Assembly: GCF_006345805.1 (NCBI RefSeq)
Contig: NC_043017.1
Location: 2,666,001 to 2,730,000 of the forward strand
Length of the DNA stretch: 64,000 nt
Direction: 5' to 3'
From: Octopus sinensis
Taxonomy: Eukaryota
The position numbers and the translations under genes were made by a program. Shown here in pieces: positions 36,986 through 48,691 of the stretch. Below the pieces are notes generated by a model that searched no databases, was not told where the DNA came from, and was given only the letters and a program-made list of their open reading frames with translations. Positions within the stretch are counted from its first letter, which is position 1; the number at the start of each line of letters is the position of its first letter.

Positions 36986-39481
36986 TTAAGTAGAATTGTT
37001 TATAGTAACTGAACAAAATATGGAGCAGTGGTCGTTGTTGGAATGTTTTAAAACCCTTTGCCAAATAACGAAAAGAAGTCAATAAAGGATCGGTTATCTA
37101 GTCACTCGGTCTGCTAGATATAGCAGCCAAATCTCCCTCAGATGATCAAACCAGTTTCATCTGGTGGACTTGTGTAAATTCAGGGAAATAAAAAGAAAAA
37201 CCTATTTTGGCTATCTTGGGTTGTATTCAAATCCCTTCGATTTTTACTTTCCTCCATCCTTCTGAGTTCGATTAAATAAAGCACTTGTCACATATTGTGA
37301 TCGATTTATACTAACCATCCCTTTAATGCATAAATCTTTAAGAATTCTGGTCGTAATTATAATAGAAGACATAAAGGACATGATAAATACTTGGGTTGAA
37401 TAAATGTGGGACATCGCTGATCACGGTATGCTTTCTCTGCACTGATTCAATGCTCAATAAGTACCGGCCTGGGACTTAAACCACCCTTACACAACTCTAT
37501 TTATCTATTCCATTTATTTTATTTATCATTGAGTAAAGCTTCGAAAAACTCATCAAACAAATTTCCTTCGTTTCTCTCTTCCTTCCTTTCTGTCACCCAC
37601 GGCCTTCCATAACAACTCTCCCTCCCTTCCTTGCTCTCCGCTTGTCTACATCTCACCTCCGTCGCCTGCATCTCACCTCTTTCTCAATTATTCTTGTAGG
37701 AACACAAACCCGCTCCCTTACTCAACCACACACACACATTCACACACACACACACTCAGTCGCGCGTATATTCTTGCTCTCCTTTCGCTTCCACAGTTGC
37801 GCACATTCGTCTTATCTGTCCCATCCACACGCACAGACTTCGCTTCGCTCACAGTGACATGATGGCAAGAAAATTAACAGGAAATGAGTGTAAAAGGGCT
37901 TATAGTAGAGAGGAGAGGAACGATTGGAGAGAAAGGGGGCTTCGAGAATAGAGAGGGGCGAGCTCCTTCGTTTTTCTTGTCCCCTTTTCTCCTCCTCCTC
38001 TCCGCATTTTCCATCACCACCACTATCTTTCGCCATCAAATGTATTTTCTATTTTCAAATAGGATTTACTTGGAGGATGGGGTCACAAGGAAATATTTAA
38101 TTAAACCTTTATTACTTTGTAGCTCTGTCTAGCTTTTACTTGTCTGTGTGTGTGTGTGTTGTATTCTTTTTTATTGCTATTTGTTTAGCTTTTGCTCTGT
38201 GTGTGTGGTACGCGTGTGTTCGTTGTTGTTGTAGTTGTGGAGGTTTTATTATTGTTAGTGCTGTTTTAATTCGTTTGTATATGTGTAAATGTATAGTCCC
38301 CCCCCCTCGCTTCGTCTCTCCTCCTCCTTCACCGATAACATTTCGGTTCGGATAAGTGGGAGGGGGGGGGGAGTTAATTAAATGAAATGAAGACAAACTT
38401 TTAATACAACCAAGAGTGAAATGAAATCAATATTGACCATACCAACAACAACAACAACTGTAGTAATAGTAATAGTAGTATGTACGTACGTATGTATGTA
38501 TGTATGTACGTATGTATGTATAGTGTATATACAGTAAGGTTGATTTTCCAGAGTATGTGTGTGTGTAAATAAAATATATTGGCCGTTTTCATATGGTCTT
38601 TCTGTCAGATGTAGATAAATTTTCTGATTTCTCTCCCCCGTCTCTCTCTCTCTCTCGGTCTTTTCTCCTCTCGCTTTCTTTGTTTCTCTCTCTCTCCTCT
38701 CTCTCTCACTATAATTCATGTCGTTCTATGTGCTTCCTTTCATGTAATCTTCGCTTATACGATCGTAATTTAAACTATTGTGACCTCAGTCCAGAGCCAG
38801 CCAACTTTTACAAGTCTGTTGTTAACAAATATTCTCTCTTCCCCCCCACCTCTCTCACTCTCTTTCTCACGCGCGTGCACCCGCGCACACACACACACTC
38901 ACCTACACACATGATGTGGGACTAGTGGACAACGACACATTTGGAAGACAGGAAAAATAACACAAACAATGTGGACACGCTCTCCCCTCATCAGTTATTT
39001 GCCAAAAATCACCACAATTTCGACTCTTCTACACACATACACAGCGTATATTCTGTCTCGGGGAAATAATATAAACAGCTTATATTTTTTGCTGCGAAAA
39101 ACAAACTGTATATCGTTTCTAGCTGATCTCTTCACAACCGAAGTGCATTCACTAAGTCAATATAATCTCTCCCCCCCTCTCTCTCCACATTCTTTTGGTA
39201 AACCCAAGATAATCGTTTCAAATCTTATCTGCTTCAACTTTTAAATATTATTTTCCCATTAAACTTGATTACATAAATGTACTTATGGACATGTATCTTT
39301 ATTGCATTTGAACTTTTCCAAATATTCAGCTGGAATGCTATAGAAACCAGTGGATAAGGCCAATAGGATGGTAATCTGGTTCATAGTTATAAAAATTATA
39401 GTGGGGAAACAGTGGGAAGGAATTCATCTCTTTCTCCAGAAAATGAAAGACTAAGGAGGACTTGAAATTCATGAAAATGAA

Positions 39482-39651
39482 ATTATATTAAGGGAGCAAG
39501 GGGCAAAAACAACTTTGAAGTGCCAAGACCTTCAAACAACTACCAAAAATTCCAAATATTTAATTTGGAATTCTTGGTAGATTTTTGAAGGTCTCAGCAC
39601 TTCAAACATGTTGGGGTTAGGTCATTTTCACCTTTGCTCCCTTAATATAAT
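39482..39651. repeat. Palindromic MITE-like hairpin
   Basis: ATTATATTAAGGGAGCAA...TTTGAAGTGC..AGACCTTCAAA..CTACCAA.AATTCCAAAT-loop-ATTTGGAATT.TTGGTAG..TTTGAAGGTCT..GCACTTCAAA...TTGCTCCCTTAATATAAT. Confidence 0.85.
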
Positions 39652-40074
39652 CATATACATATACTCTTTTACTAACGTTGCCTGACTGGCGTCTGTGTCG
39701 GTGACACGTAAAAGCACCAACCGATTGTGGCCGTTTGCCAGCCTGCTCTGGCTCCTGTGCCGGTGGCATGTAAAAAGCACCCACTACACTCATGGAGTGG
39801 TTGGCGTTAGGAAGGGCATCCAGCTGTAGAAACAGTGCCACATCAGACTAGAGCCTGGTGCAGCCTCCATGGCTTACCAGACCCCGGTCGAACTGTCCAA
39901 CCCATGCTAGCATGGAAAACAGACGTTAAACGATGATGATGATGATGATGATGTTTCTATGTTCTCTTAAACTTTAATGAATTCTACATGTTGTTGAAAT
40001 TTCCATGCATTTTATTTATTTATTCATCTTGTTTTCCACCTATTTATATATCTTTTTCTTTTGTTCCTTTCCAG

Positions 40075-40312
40075 AATGTTCGGTCCTGGAGGTTCCTGTG
40101 CATCGTGTGGGCTAAGTATTCCTGCCACAGAACTAGTGATGCGCGTTCAAGGGAATGTATATCATATTAAATGTTTCACCTGCGTCACATGCCACCACCA
40201 ACTCAATCCCGGCGAACGCTTTAGCTTAGTAAACGGAAGCTTGCTCTGTGAACAAGATTATCCAAAAGTTTTGCGTGGACATGTTCAGGTACCTGCCCGG
40301 TCGACTCATAAG
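40075..40312 (+). CDS. LMO4: Internal coding exon of an LMO4-like LIM-domain-only protein (second LIM domain)
   Basis: Polypyrimidine tract and ccag acceptor end at 40074. Translation (R)MFGPGGSCASCGLSIPATELVMRVQGNVYHIKCFTCVTCHHQLNPGERFSLVNGSLLCEQDYPKVLRGHVQVPARSTHK is a full LIM motif C-x2-C-x18-H-x2-C-x2-C-x2-C-x18-C-x2-D, closely resembling vertebrate LMO4 LIM2 as recalled (RLFGNSGACSACGQSIPASELVMRAQGNVYHLKCFTC). Donor AAG|gtatgg at 40312/40313; read-through gives VWTVQQARPICPKN* ending at 40357. Confidence 0.9.
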
Positions 40313-40696
40313 GTATGGACTGTACAGCAAGCTCGACCTATTTGCCCCAAAAATTAGAAATTTAGTCATTGTGTTATGAAAGGAAAACCTTTTTTTTTTT
40401 TATTTTGTATTTTATTTTCATTTTTTTTATATATATATATATTTTTGTTTTTGTTTTTTTAAATTTCTTATCAGGGGAGAAAAAGTACTCGGTGGGGGGG
40501 AAAGAAAAAAAAAAGAATTAAAGTCATTTTAAACATACAGTTTTTTTGGGGTTTTCTTTTTCCATTTTATATACACACATACATACATATATATATATAT
40601 ATATAAATATATCTATTTTTCATTGATTTTTTTTTTTCCTTTTTGTCACATCTAAAATCCTCACTTTTTTCTCTTGTCTATACTTCAGATACACAT

Positions 40697-40729
<33 letters not shown>

Positions 40730-41439
40730 CAATTATGCTTTCATTATAATTTCTTACTGCTTTCATATTCTATCTTTGTATCTCCTCCTACATACTTGTA
40801 CATACATACACACATATATATATATATATATATATGAAATATCTTTAACTCTTTCTCGGGATGAATTACATTTTTTTCTGTATATACAGCCCCATTCAAC
40901 ACTATCTTGCATCCCTTCAGTGCCCTGTACAACCTCTCTTCCATTACAATCAGCACCAAAAATTCTGAAGCCAATGACTGAATTTGTTTGTTGTGTCTCA
41001 TAGCAGCCAAATTTCCCTCCTCTTGGTTTTCTCATGAACATCTCCAAGAATTAACAACATGCTCTGTGCTATTGACTCTCTCATTACATCGAACATCTCC
41101 GCTCATCACACTGCTCACTCAGGACTGACCTAGGGTTGTAATGGCGTGAACTGTAAAGCCAAGATTTCTTGTCTTGTATTTCCAACTGCCTTACTCCCAC
41201 TATAAGACTTCTGAGCCAGCCAGGTACCCCTTGATACCTTCATCTGCTAGAAATAAGTCATGTACCCCTATCACATTTAGAACCATCATTTAAATCTCAC
41301 CTAAAAATACATTTGCTAATATAGTTTTAGATACCTCCAGAAATGTTGGGGTGGTCATAAGTGGATTGCTTCTTTATCCTTTTTGCTGCCATCTGATATC
41401 CTCTTAGGGTAACCAGCATATTTAATACCCGGGTAGCAG

Positions 41440-41600
41440 CTTTTGTATAGACGCCTGTCTGTCTTGAAGTCTTCTATCCCTGTTCCTCCTTATTTCAAAT
41501 TGGAACTGGTTTACCTTGGCCACCCTTTATTTCTTCTGCCTTTGGAAACGGCATCAAAGCTTCATCTTTTACATATCAGACCTAGTAAGATAGGCTATTA
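41440..41600 (-). mobile_element. Possible RTE-like LINE 3' relic
   Basis: Minus strand reads PKGRRNKGWPR...TGIEDFKT, resembling the GRRxxGRP tail of RTE ORF2. Very degraded. Confidence 0.35.
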
Positions 41601-42229
41601 TCTAGATCCGCACCCGGCGGGAAGAAATAGAAACGAAAACGTGTAACCGTAAGATATTAAAGTCTTAACATATTTCTGAGAAGATGTTTTTTAATAAGAG
41701 CTGAGAATGATCACCATAGGAATTCTGTTTATAAAGGTCTGGCTGACTCGGTGTTGACCTGGGGCTAAAGAGTAACAGAAAGCATAAGATTAATAACAGT
41801 GTGATGGCTACAGGGGAGGGTTGGACGGGTTGTGGTGGTGGTCATGGTGGTGTTGGTAGTGATGGCGCTTGTGATTAATTTGGGACATTTTCTTTTACCA
41901 CATTCAAACATGCGAGTGTGTGTGTGTGTATATACATATATGTGTGTGTGTGTGATAATTAATTAGTTGGTAATTAAGCAAATATAGATCAATGAACGTT
42001 TGTGTAATTTAAAACTGTGATGCATGGATACTGATGAAACAAAAAATATATTAAAAATAAAAAAAAGAAAGGGAAACCTTGTTAATTTTCTTTGCTGTAA
42101 TGCCACCCCTCCCCCCTCTATCTTTCTGTCAATATTAATTTTGTATGTACACGTATGTGAACTGTTCACACACACACATGCACACATAAACACACACACA
42201 TATTCATACACATATATAGACTATTCATA

Positions 42230-42447
42230 CAAGGGGGTGCTAAAAAGTTCCTGCCTTCAAGCGTGTCACCAAAAGGCCTGGTTAGAAGGCCAACTTTCCG
42301 AGTTCTTTTACAGAGCTTAGGGTAACCGAGGGACCTCTGCATTTAGTGTGTGAACCTGAGAGCGGAACATGTTGAATAAAATCATAATTAAACAATCCTC
42401 CTGCATTTTCTTCTACCCAAAACCAGGAACTTTCCAGTAGTCCCTCG
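42230..42447. mobile_element. Tc1/mariner-type MITE
   Basis: TA|CAAGGGGGTGCTAAAAAGTTCCTG ... CAGGAACTTTCCAGTAGTCCCTCG imperfect TIRs. Partial copy at about 15487-15625. Confidence 0.7.
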
Positions 42448-42903
42448 TGCGTATATATTTATACGTCCAGTATATATATATATATATATGGATGGTAGAA
42501 GTGATAGAATCATTGGATGACATGGCTTTGTGGCATTTGGTTACATTGTTGAGTTCCGATCCAGTCTGGACCACTTGGCCTTTCTCTCCTTTCAATGTTG
42601 AATACAAAACGTACAAAACCTTGATGCAGTCAACTAAAAGGCAGTGCTAAACACCGTCACACATACACATGATCTGCTTTAGTAAAGGATGAAAAGTGCT
42701 CAATATTATGTTGGACGTAGAGCTGATATAGATGAGTCTTTATATGCTGGCTAAAGAGATTAGTTACCCCTGACCCATGGGTCCTAGCTCAGAGTTCTCG
42801 ATGTTGGATTGAGAGGTTGTTTAAACAAAACAGCATTTGTGTGGGAGTGTGAATTTCTGTTTATACCTCACATACATATATTTACATATAAGTGTCTTCA
42901 CAC

Positions 42904-42956
<53 letters not shown>

Positions 42957-43080
42957 CACACATATATATATATATATAATACACATATAATCATCATCGT
43001 TTGACGTCCGTTTTCCATGCTAGCATGGGTTGGACAGTTCAACTGGAGTCTAGGAAGCCAGGGGGCTGCACCAGGCTCAT

Positions 43081-43144
<64 letters not shown>

Positions 43145-44028
43145 GTTTATATATACATACTCATGTGTTGGGTTCTATCTGCCTGATTTGTTCCCACTAA
43201 TGTGTGTGTGTATATGCACTTATACACCCTTACATACATACATGCATACATTTAAGCAATTTACAACCACACAAGAATATATGAAATAAATATTTTGTAT
43301 TTATGGAGATATTTATGCATTTTATTACCTTTTTTTTTTTCATTAATTCTCCATATTGTGAATTAACTGCCTTTGAAAATCATTTTGTGTGATAGAATTT
43401 TTTTTTTCATTTTTTTAATGTATTTTTGGTTTTTATTTTTTATTTATTTATTTTTTGTGGTGGTTGGCTTGGTTGGTAAGTTTACCAATAGAAAACACTT
43501 GACTAACTTTGGTAAAGTGTCCGTCCTGAGAAAGGCATGAATGTTGCCACTCATTATTACCCTGGCCCTCAAATACTTCACAGAAAGCTTTTACTCAAAC
43601 ACGTTCAGTTTTAAGAACTTCCCAACCCTTTCTTATTTTCAGTGCTGCCTATAATGTTTGACATGTTCTCTTACCACATGATGGACTTTAAGCAGATTCT
43701 GCAGCAAATATTCCAGTCGTTTGTACAAGGAAATTATTTTCTCAGACAGTCCTGAGTTGAGAATAAATGGAAACCTCAGGCAGAATTTATATCACACCCG
43801 ATGTGACAAAACTGGCCTTTTTTTTGGTGCCTACGTAGTTTCCATGTCTCAGACTTCATTTGCAAAATCTTGATCAGAGTTGAGCTGATCATGTGGTTTG
43901 TGGTTGAAGATACATGCTCAAGGTGCTACTCAGATACATCAAGCTCTGTACCCTAATGAGTGTTAAGTGGACTTATTAACAATGTACCATACGTAGATCT
44001 TACACAGACATGCACACCGCACACATGC

Positions 44029-44259
44029 CAGGGCTGGTTTTAGGCCACTTAGGTTTGTTCAGATTGGGCCCTGCGCGCACGTTCGAGTGGAGGACCTTTA
44101 TTACATCATTGTGGCTAATGATGGAGCCTCCAGCCCTCTCTGCTTTTTGGGTGGGACTGGTGTACTCCATGAAGCATAAAATCTCAATCTTCAGCTCTTG
44201 TAGAGTAGTGGGGCCCTCTGACAATTGCCTGGTTGGTCCCACTTTTCCTAGTACCAGCC

Positions 44260-44262
<3 letters not shown>
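44029..44262. mobile_element. hAT-type MITE
   Basis: TIR CAGGGCTGGT ... ACCAGCCCT, internal GGGCCC motifs, approximate 8-bp TSD ACACATGC/ACACACAC. Confidence 0.65.
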
Positions 44263-44303
<41 letters not shown>

Positions 44304-45096
44304 TTGCCTGTATGCATTCACTCCCATATCTGCAACACTCATTCTGTATTCTACTACGAGTCCGTTACCTACCTGTACAAACTCCCTCCTATCTGTGACC
44401 CCTGTATAATCTTCTGGCTTGGCTGACTTCCCCGTGTGTACATATATATATATGCTGGGGTCTGGATAAATAGTGAACTTCAAACTCTGATTTGCGAGAT
44501 CCTGTTGACATGTGACTGAACGAACCCCCACTCCCCATCTCCCCAATGTATATATAACATCAACTACAACTACCCCACCCCATATGAATTCACCCCACCT
44601 CCCTTGTTTTGTTTTTTTGTTATTTGTAAATAAGTCGTGTTTACTGTATGTAGATACTTCAATTTCCATTGCTACTCTTCCCCCCCCCAAAAAAAAAATA
44701 CCTGTTGATTGCTTTAGTGCAGAATCATAAAGTAATCAGTTTTTTTTTTTTCAAGTTTTTTTTTACCTGTTCATCATAGGACTTTCATTCTTTCAACCAT
44801 CCATCTCCGTAGTAACTACATACATACAATTAACTCACGGCAACATCTCACACCACTCATTCCGTCATGTACACCTGCATATACAGCAACGACCTGGTGT
44901 CTATATACATACATTCACACAAACATTCTTTTTTGTGTTTTTTTTTTTTTATAACTTGTTGTGATATGAAACGAGTATTTCATATGTCACCAGAAGCGTA
45001 TGTACCCCTAGTTGTAGCTATACACACTCATAGGCACACATACATACATATACATATATATATATACATATACATACATATATATATATATATATA

Positions 45097-45156
<60 letters not shown>

Positions 45157-45203
45157 ATGTATAATCATATATACATACATATTACATACATATATACATA
45201 TAC

Positions 45204-45234
<31 letters not shown>

Positions 45235-45235
45235 C

Positions 45236-45272
<37 letters not shown>

Positions 45273-45378
45273 GTATATACTATATACATACATATATACT
45301 ATATATATATACATACATATATATATTATATATATACATATACATATATATATATATATATAATACAATATATATATA

Positions 45379-45442
<64 letters not shown>

Positions 45443-45518
45443 TATATATATATATATATCTATACATATAATATATATTATTATTTGTATATACATATAT
45501 ACATACATATATACATAC

Positions 45519-45549
<31 letters not shown>

Positions 45550-45625
45550 CATATATATACATATATATATACTATATAATATATTATATATATATATATA
45601 CATATATATCTACATATATATATAC

Positions 45626-45676
<51 letters not shown>

Positions 45677-45801
45677 CATTATATATATATACATATAATA
45701 TATATATATATACATAGATATATATAATTATACATATATATATATATAATATTACATATTATACATATATATATACATATAATATATATATATATATACA
45801 T

Positions 45802-46000
45802 ATCCTTAAATCCTTAAAATGTTTTAGCCCGAAGGCCGCGCCATGCTGGGGCAACACGCTGAATGAGCTAAACTAGTTTGTGAATCCACCTCTGATACGT
45901 GCTTGCACTGATCAACAAGGGAGTTCTTGCTGCTGCCTGCATCCGTGTCTCCTGTCGTGAGGTAGGTTCATCTGGGACTCCCAACAAGAAGAGATCCAAG
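45802..46000 (-). mobile_element. 5'-truncated CR1 LINE 3' end (second family)
   Basis: Minus strand encodes [12 protein letters not shown]...AA(S)KNSLVDQ, a CR1 ORF2 C-terminus. 3' UTR hairpin GCC-TTCG-GGC and a twice-repeated 8-mer tail (ATCCTTAA on +). Embedded in (TA)n on both sides. Confidence 0.8.
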
Positions 46001-46141
46001 TATACATATATATATATATATACATATATATATACATATATACATATATATATACATATACATATATACATATATATACTATATACATACATATATATAC
46101 ATATATACATACATATATACATATATATAATATATACATAT

Positions 46142-46177
<36 letters not shown>

Positions 46178-46189
46178 CATATATAATAT

Positions 46190-46224
<35 letters not shown>

Positions 46225-46371
46225 GACGTATACATATACACAGCATCTATTTATTATTTTTTATTAACTTTAATTTTTCTACGAATGCCTTATGGACTTG
46301 GTTTTGATTACACCTTTTTTTTTTTATTATTTAGTTTCATTCACCATTTATTATTATTATTATTACCACTA

Positions 46372-47210
46372 AAGCAGCAAACTGGCAGAATCGTTTACAC
46401 ACCGAGCAAAAATGCTTCGAGGTATTTCGTCCGTCGTTACGTTCTGAGTTGAAATTCCACCAAGGTCAACTTTGCCTTTCATCCTTTCGGGGTCGATGAA
46501 ATAAGTACCAGTTACGCTCTGGGGTTAATTTAATCGACTAGCCCCCTTCCTCAAGATTTCAGGCCTTGTGCCTATAGTAGAAAGGATTATTATTATTATC
46601 ATTAAAAAGGTGGCATGCTGAAGAAAATCGTTAGCACACCAGGTGAAATGTTTAGTGGTATTTTATCTGTCTTTATGTTCTGAGTTCAAATTCCGCCGAG
46701 GGTGACTTTGCCTTTCATCCCTTCAGGGTCAATTAAATAAGTACCAGTTATGCACTAGGGTCAATGTAATTGACTGACCCGCTCCCTGCAAATTTCAGGC
46801 CTTTTGCCTATAACAGAAAGGATTATTATAATTATTATTATTTTTTTTTTTTTTTAAGCTTATGAGCTGGCCGAACGATCAGCATCATCTCAGAAGTCTT
46901 CATGTTCTGATTTTAAATTCTACCGAGGTTGAATTTGCCGATCATCATTTCAGGCCTTGTGCCTATAATTGGAAATATTGTCATTGAATGGCAGTGCGCT
47001 GGCAGAAACGTTAGCACGCCGGACGAAATGCTTAGCGGTATTTCGTCTGCCGTTGTGTTCTGAGTTCAAATTCCACCGATGCCAACATTGCCTTTCATCC
47101 TTTCAGGGTTGATAAATTAAGTTCCAATGAAACACTGTGTTCAATGTAATCGAATTAATCCCTTCCCTCAAAATTCTTCGCCTTGTACCTTTTGCAGAAA
47201 GAATTATTAG
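46372..47210 (+). mobile_element. Cluster of family B SINEs in tandem
   Basis: Three near-complete copies (about 46372-46590, 46608-46825, 46990-47205) and a fragment (about 46860-46980), separated by (TTA)n tails. Confidence 0.85.
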
Positions 47211-48235
47211 TATTATTAATGAATGTGTGGTGGATGGTAATATCAGGAGATCAAGTGGCAGAAAATTCTATCATCTGCTGAGTTCAGATTTCTACCAAGA
47301 TCAATCTTAAAATCTCTTCCTTTGGTGAGGCTGATCAAATACAGTCCGAGTACCAGACAAGTTCTAGGATTCATTTACTCAGAGTATCACTAAAATACTA
47401 AGGATATACCAAAGGATTTGTTCTCTGACCTTATTAACTACACTCCATTAATAATAATAATAATGTGTTGTGTCTGGGGAGATTCATTCTGTTGTAATGC
47501 CTTATTGATTAACACTCTCACCGGTTCAATTTCTGCTCATATATTATTTTTCAACACACAAATTCACATTATGAATCTTGCAAACCAAAAACAAAAATGA
47601 AATAATAACAATAATAATAGTATTAATAATAATAATCCTTATATAGGCACAAGGCCTGAAATTTTAGAGGTAGGGTCTAGTCAAATACATCAACACCAAC
47701 GCTGAAGAAGTAGTTATTTTATCAACCCCGAAAGGAGTAGTGGCTTCGACCAAAAGTGGGTCAATCAATTACCTTCACACACACACTCTTTTTATCAACC
47801 CTGAAAGGCAAAGTGAACCTCAGTTTAATCTGAGAAGATAAAGACAGATGAAATACAGCTAAACACTTTGTCCAGTGTGCTAACGCTTCTAACAAGCTTA
47901 CCACTTTGATGATAATAATAATAATAATAATAATAATCTCTATAGAGTTGTTTTTTTTTATTTTGATTTATTTCTATTTTCTAAACTATTTCACTTTTCT
48001 GTTTTCATCTCAAACATAATTTTACCAATTCTTTTTCTCCTTGTTCCTTGTAATAAAACAAAAACAAACCCACCCTGATTGTGTTTCAAACGCCAACAAT
48101 TACTTAATTGCCAATCTCTGTATAAATATTTCCTCAAAGAAAGAATAAAACTAATTGATCTTTGCTTTAAGATCAATGATTGTCTTCAAACTTATTAGTC
48201 CTTACATGTTCATATCTTTTATTTCATTTTCGTTG

Positions 48236-48461
48236 GTGTGTTTAAAATGTCCTCCATGCATTGTATGTGCTTAAAATGCCCATGCATTGTATGTGTCTAA
48301 AAACTTGTCCATGCTTTCTATGTGTTTAAAATGCCCATACATTGTATGTGTCTAAATTGTCATCCACGCATTGTATGTGTCTAAAATGTTGTCCATGCAC
48401 TGTATGTGTCTAAAATGTTGTCCACGCGTTGTATGTGTTTAAAATATTGTCTATGCATTGT
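48236..48461 (+). repeat. Minisatellite, ~28-31 bp unit, about 7 copies
   Basis: Unit ATGCATTGTATGTGTCTAAAATGTTGTCC with variants. Confidence 0.9.
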
Positions 48462-48691
48462 TAAATATTATTTGTGCTATTGCTGTTTGTTTGTTTGTTC
48501 TTTTTTTTTATTTTATTTTCTGTCTTATTTGGAGCTTTGAAATCTCTTCATTAACCAAATATTTGTAAAGGTGGGCATAGGTTTGGGGACAGGGAGTGTG
48601 TAAATGCACTCCCTAATTTTTTTTTTTTTTTTTGTGGTGTGGGGCAAAACTGGGTGTGCAAATTTAGTGGTACCTCTTTTATCAACACAAG

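Noticed and set aside
44000-44426. Overlapping 105-138 aa ORFs in a GC-richer patch
   Set aside because: Explained by a hAT-type MITE plus (CA)n.
48236-48461. CRISPR-like periodicity of ~30 bp
   Set aside because: Contiguous tandem units with no unique spacers, no cas genes, eukaryotic context.
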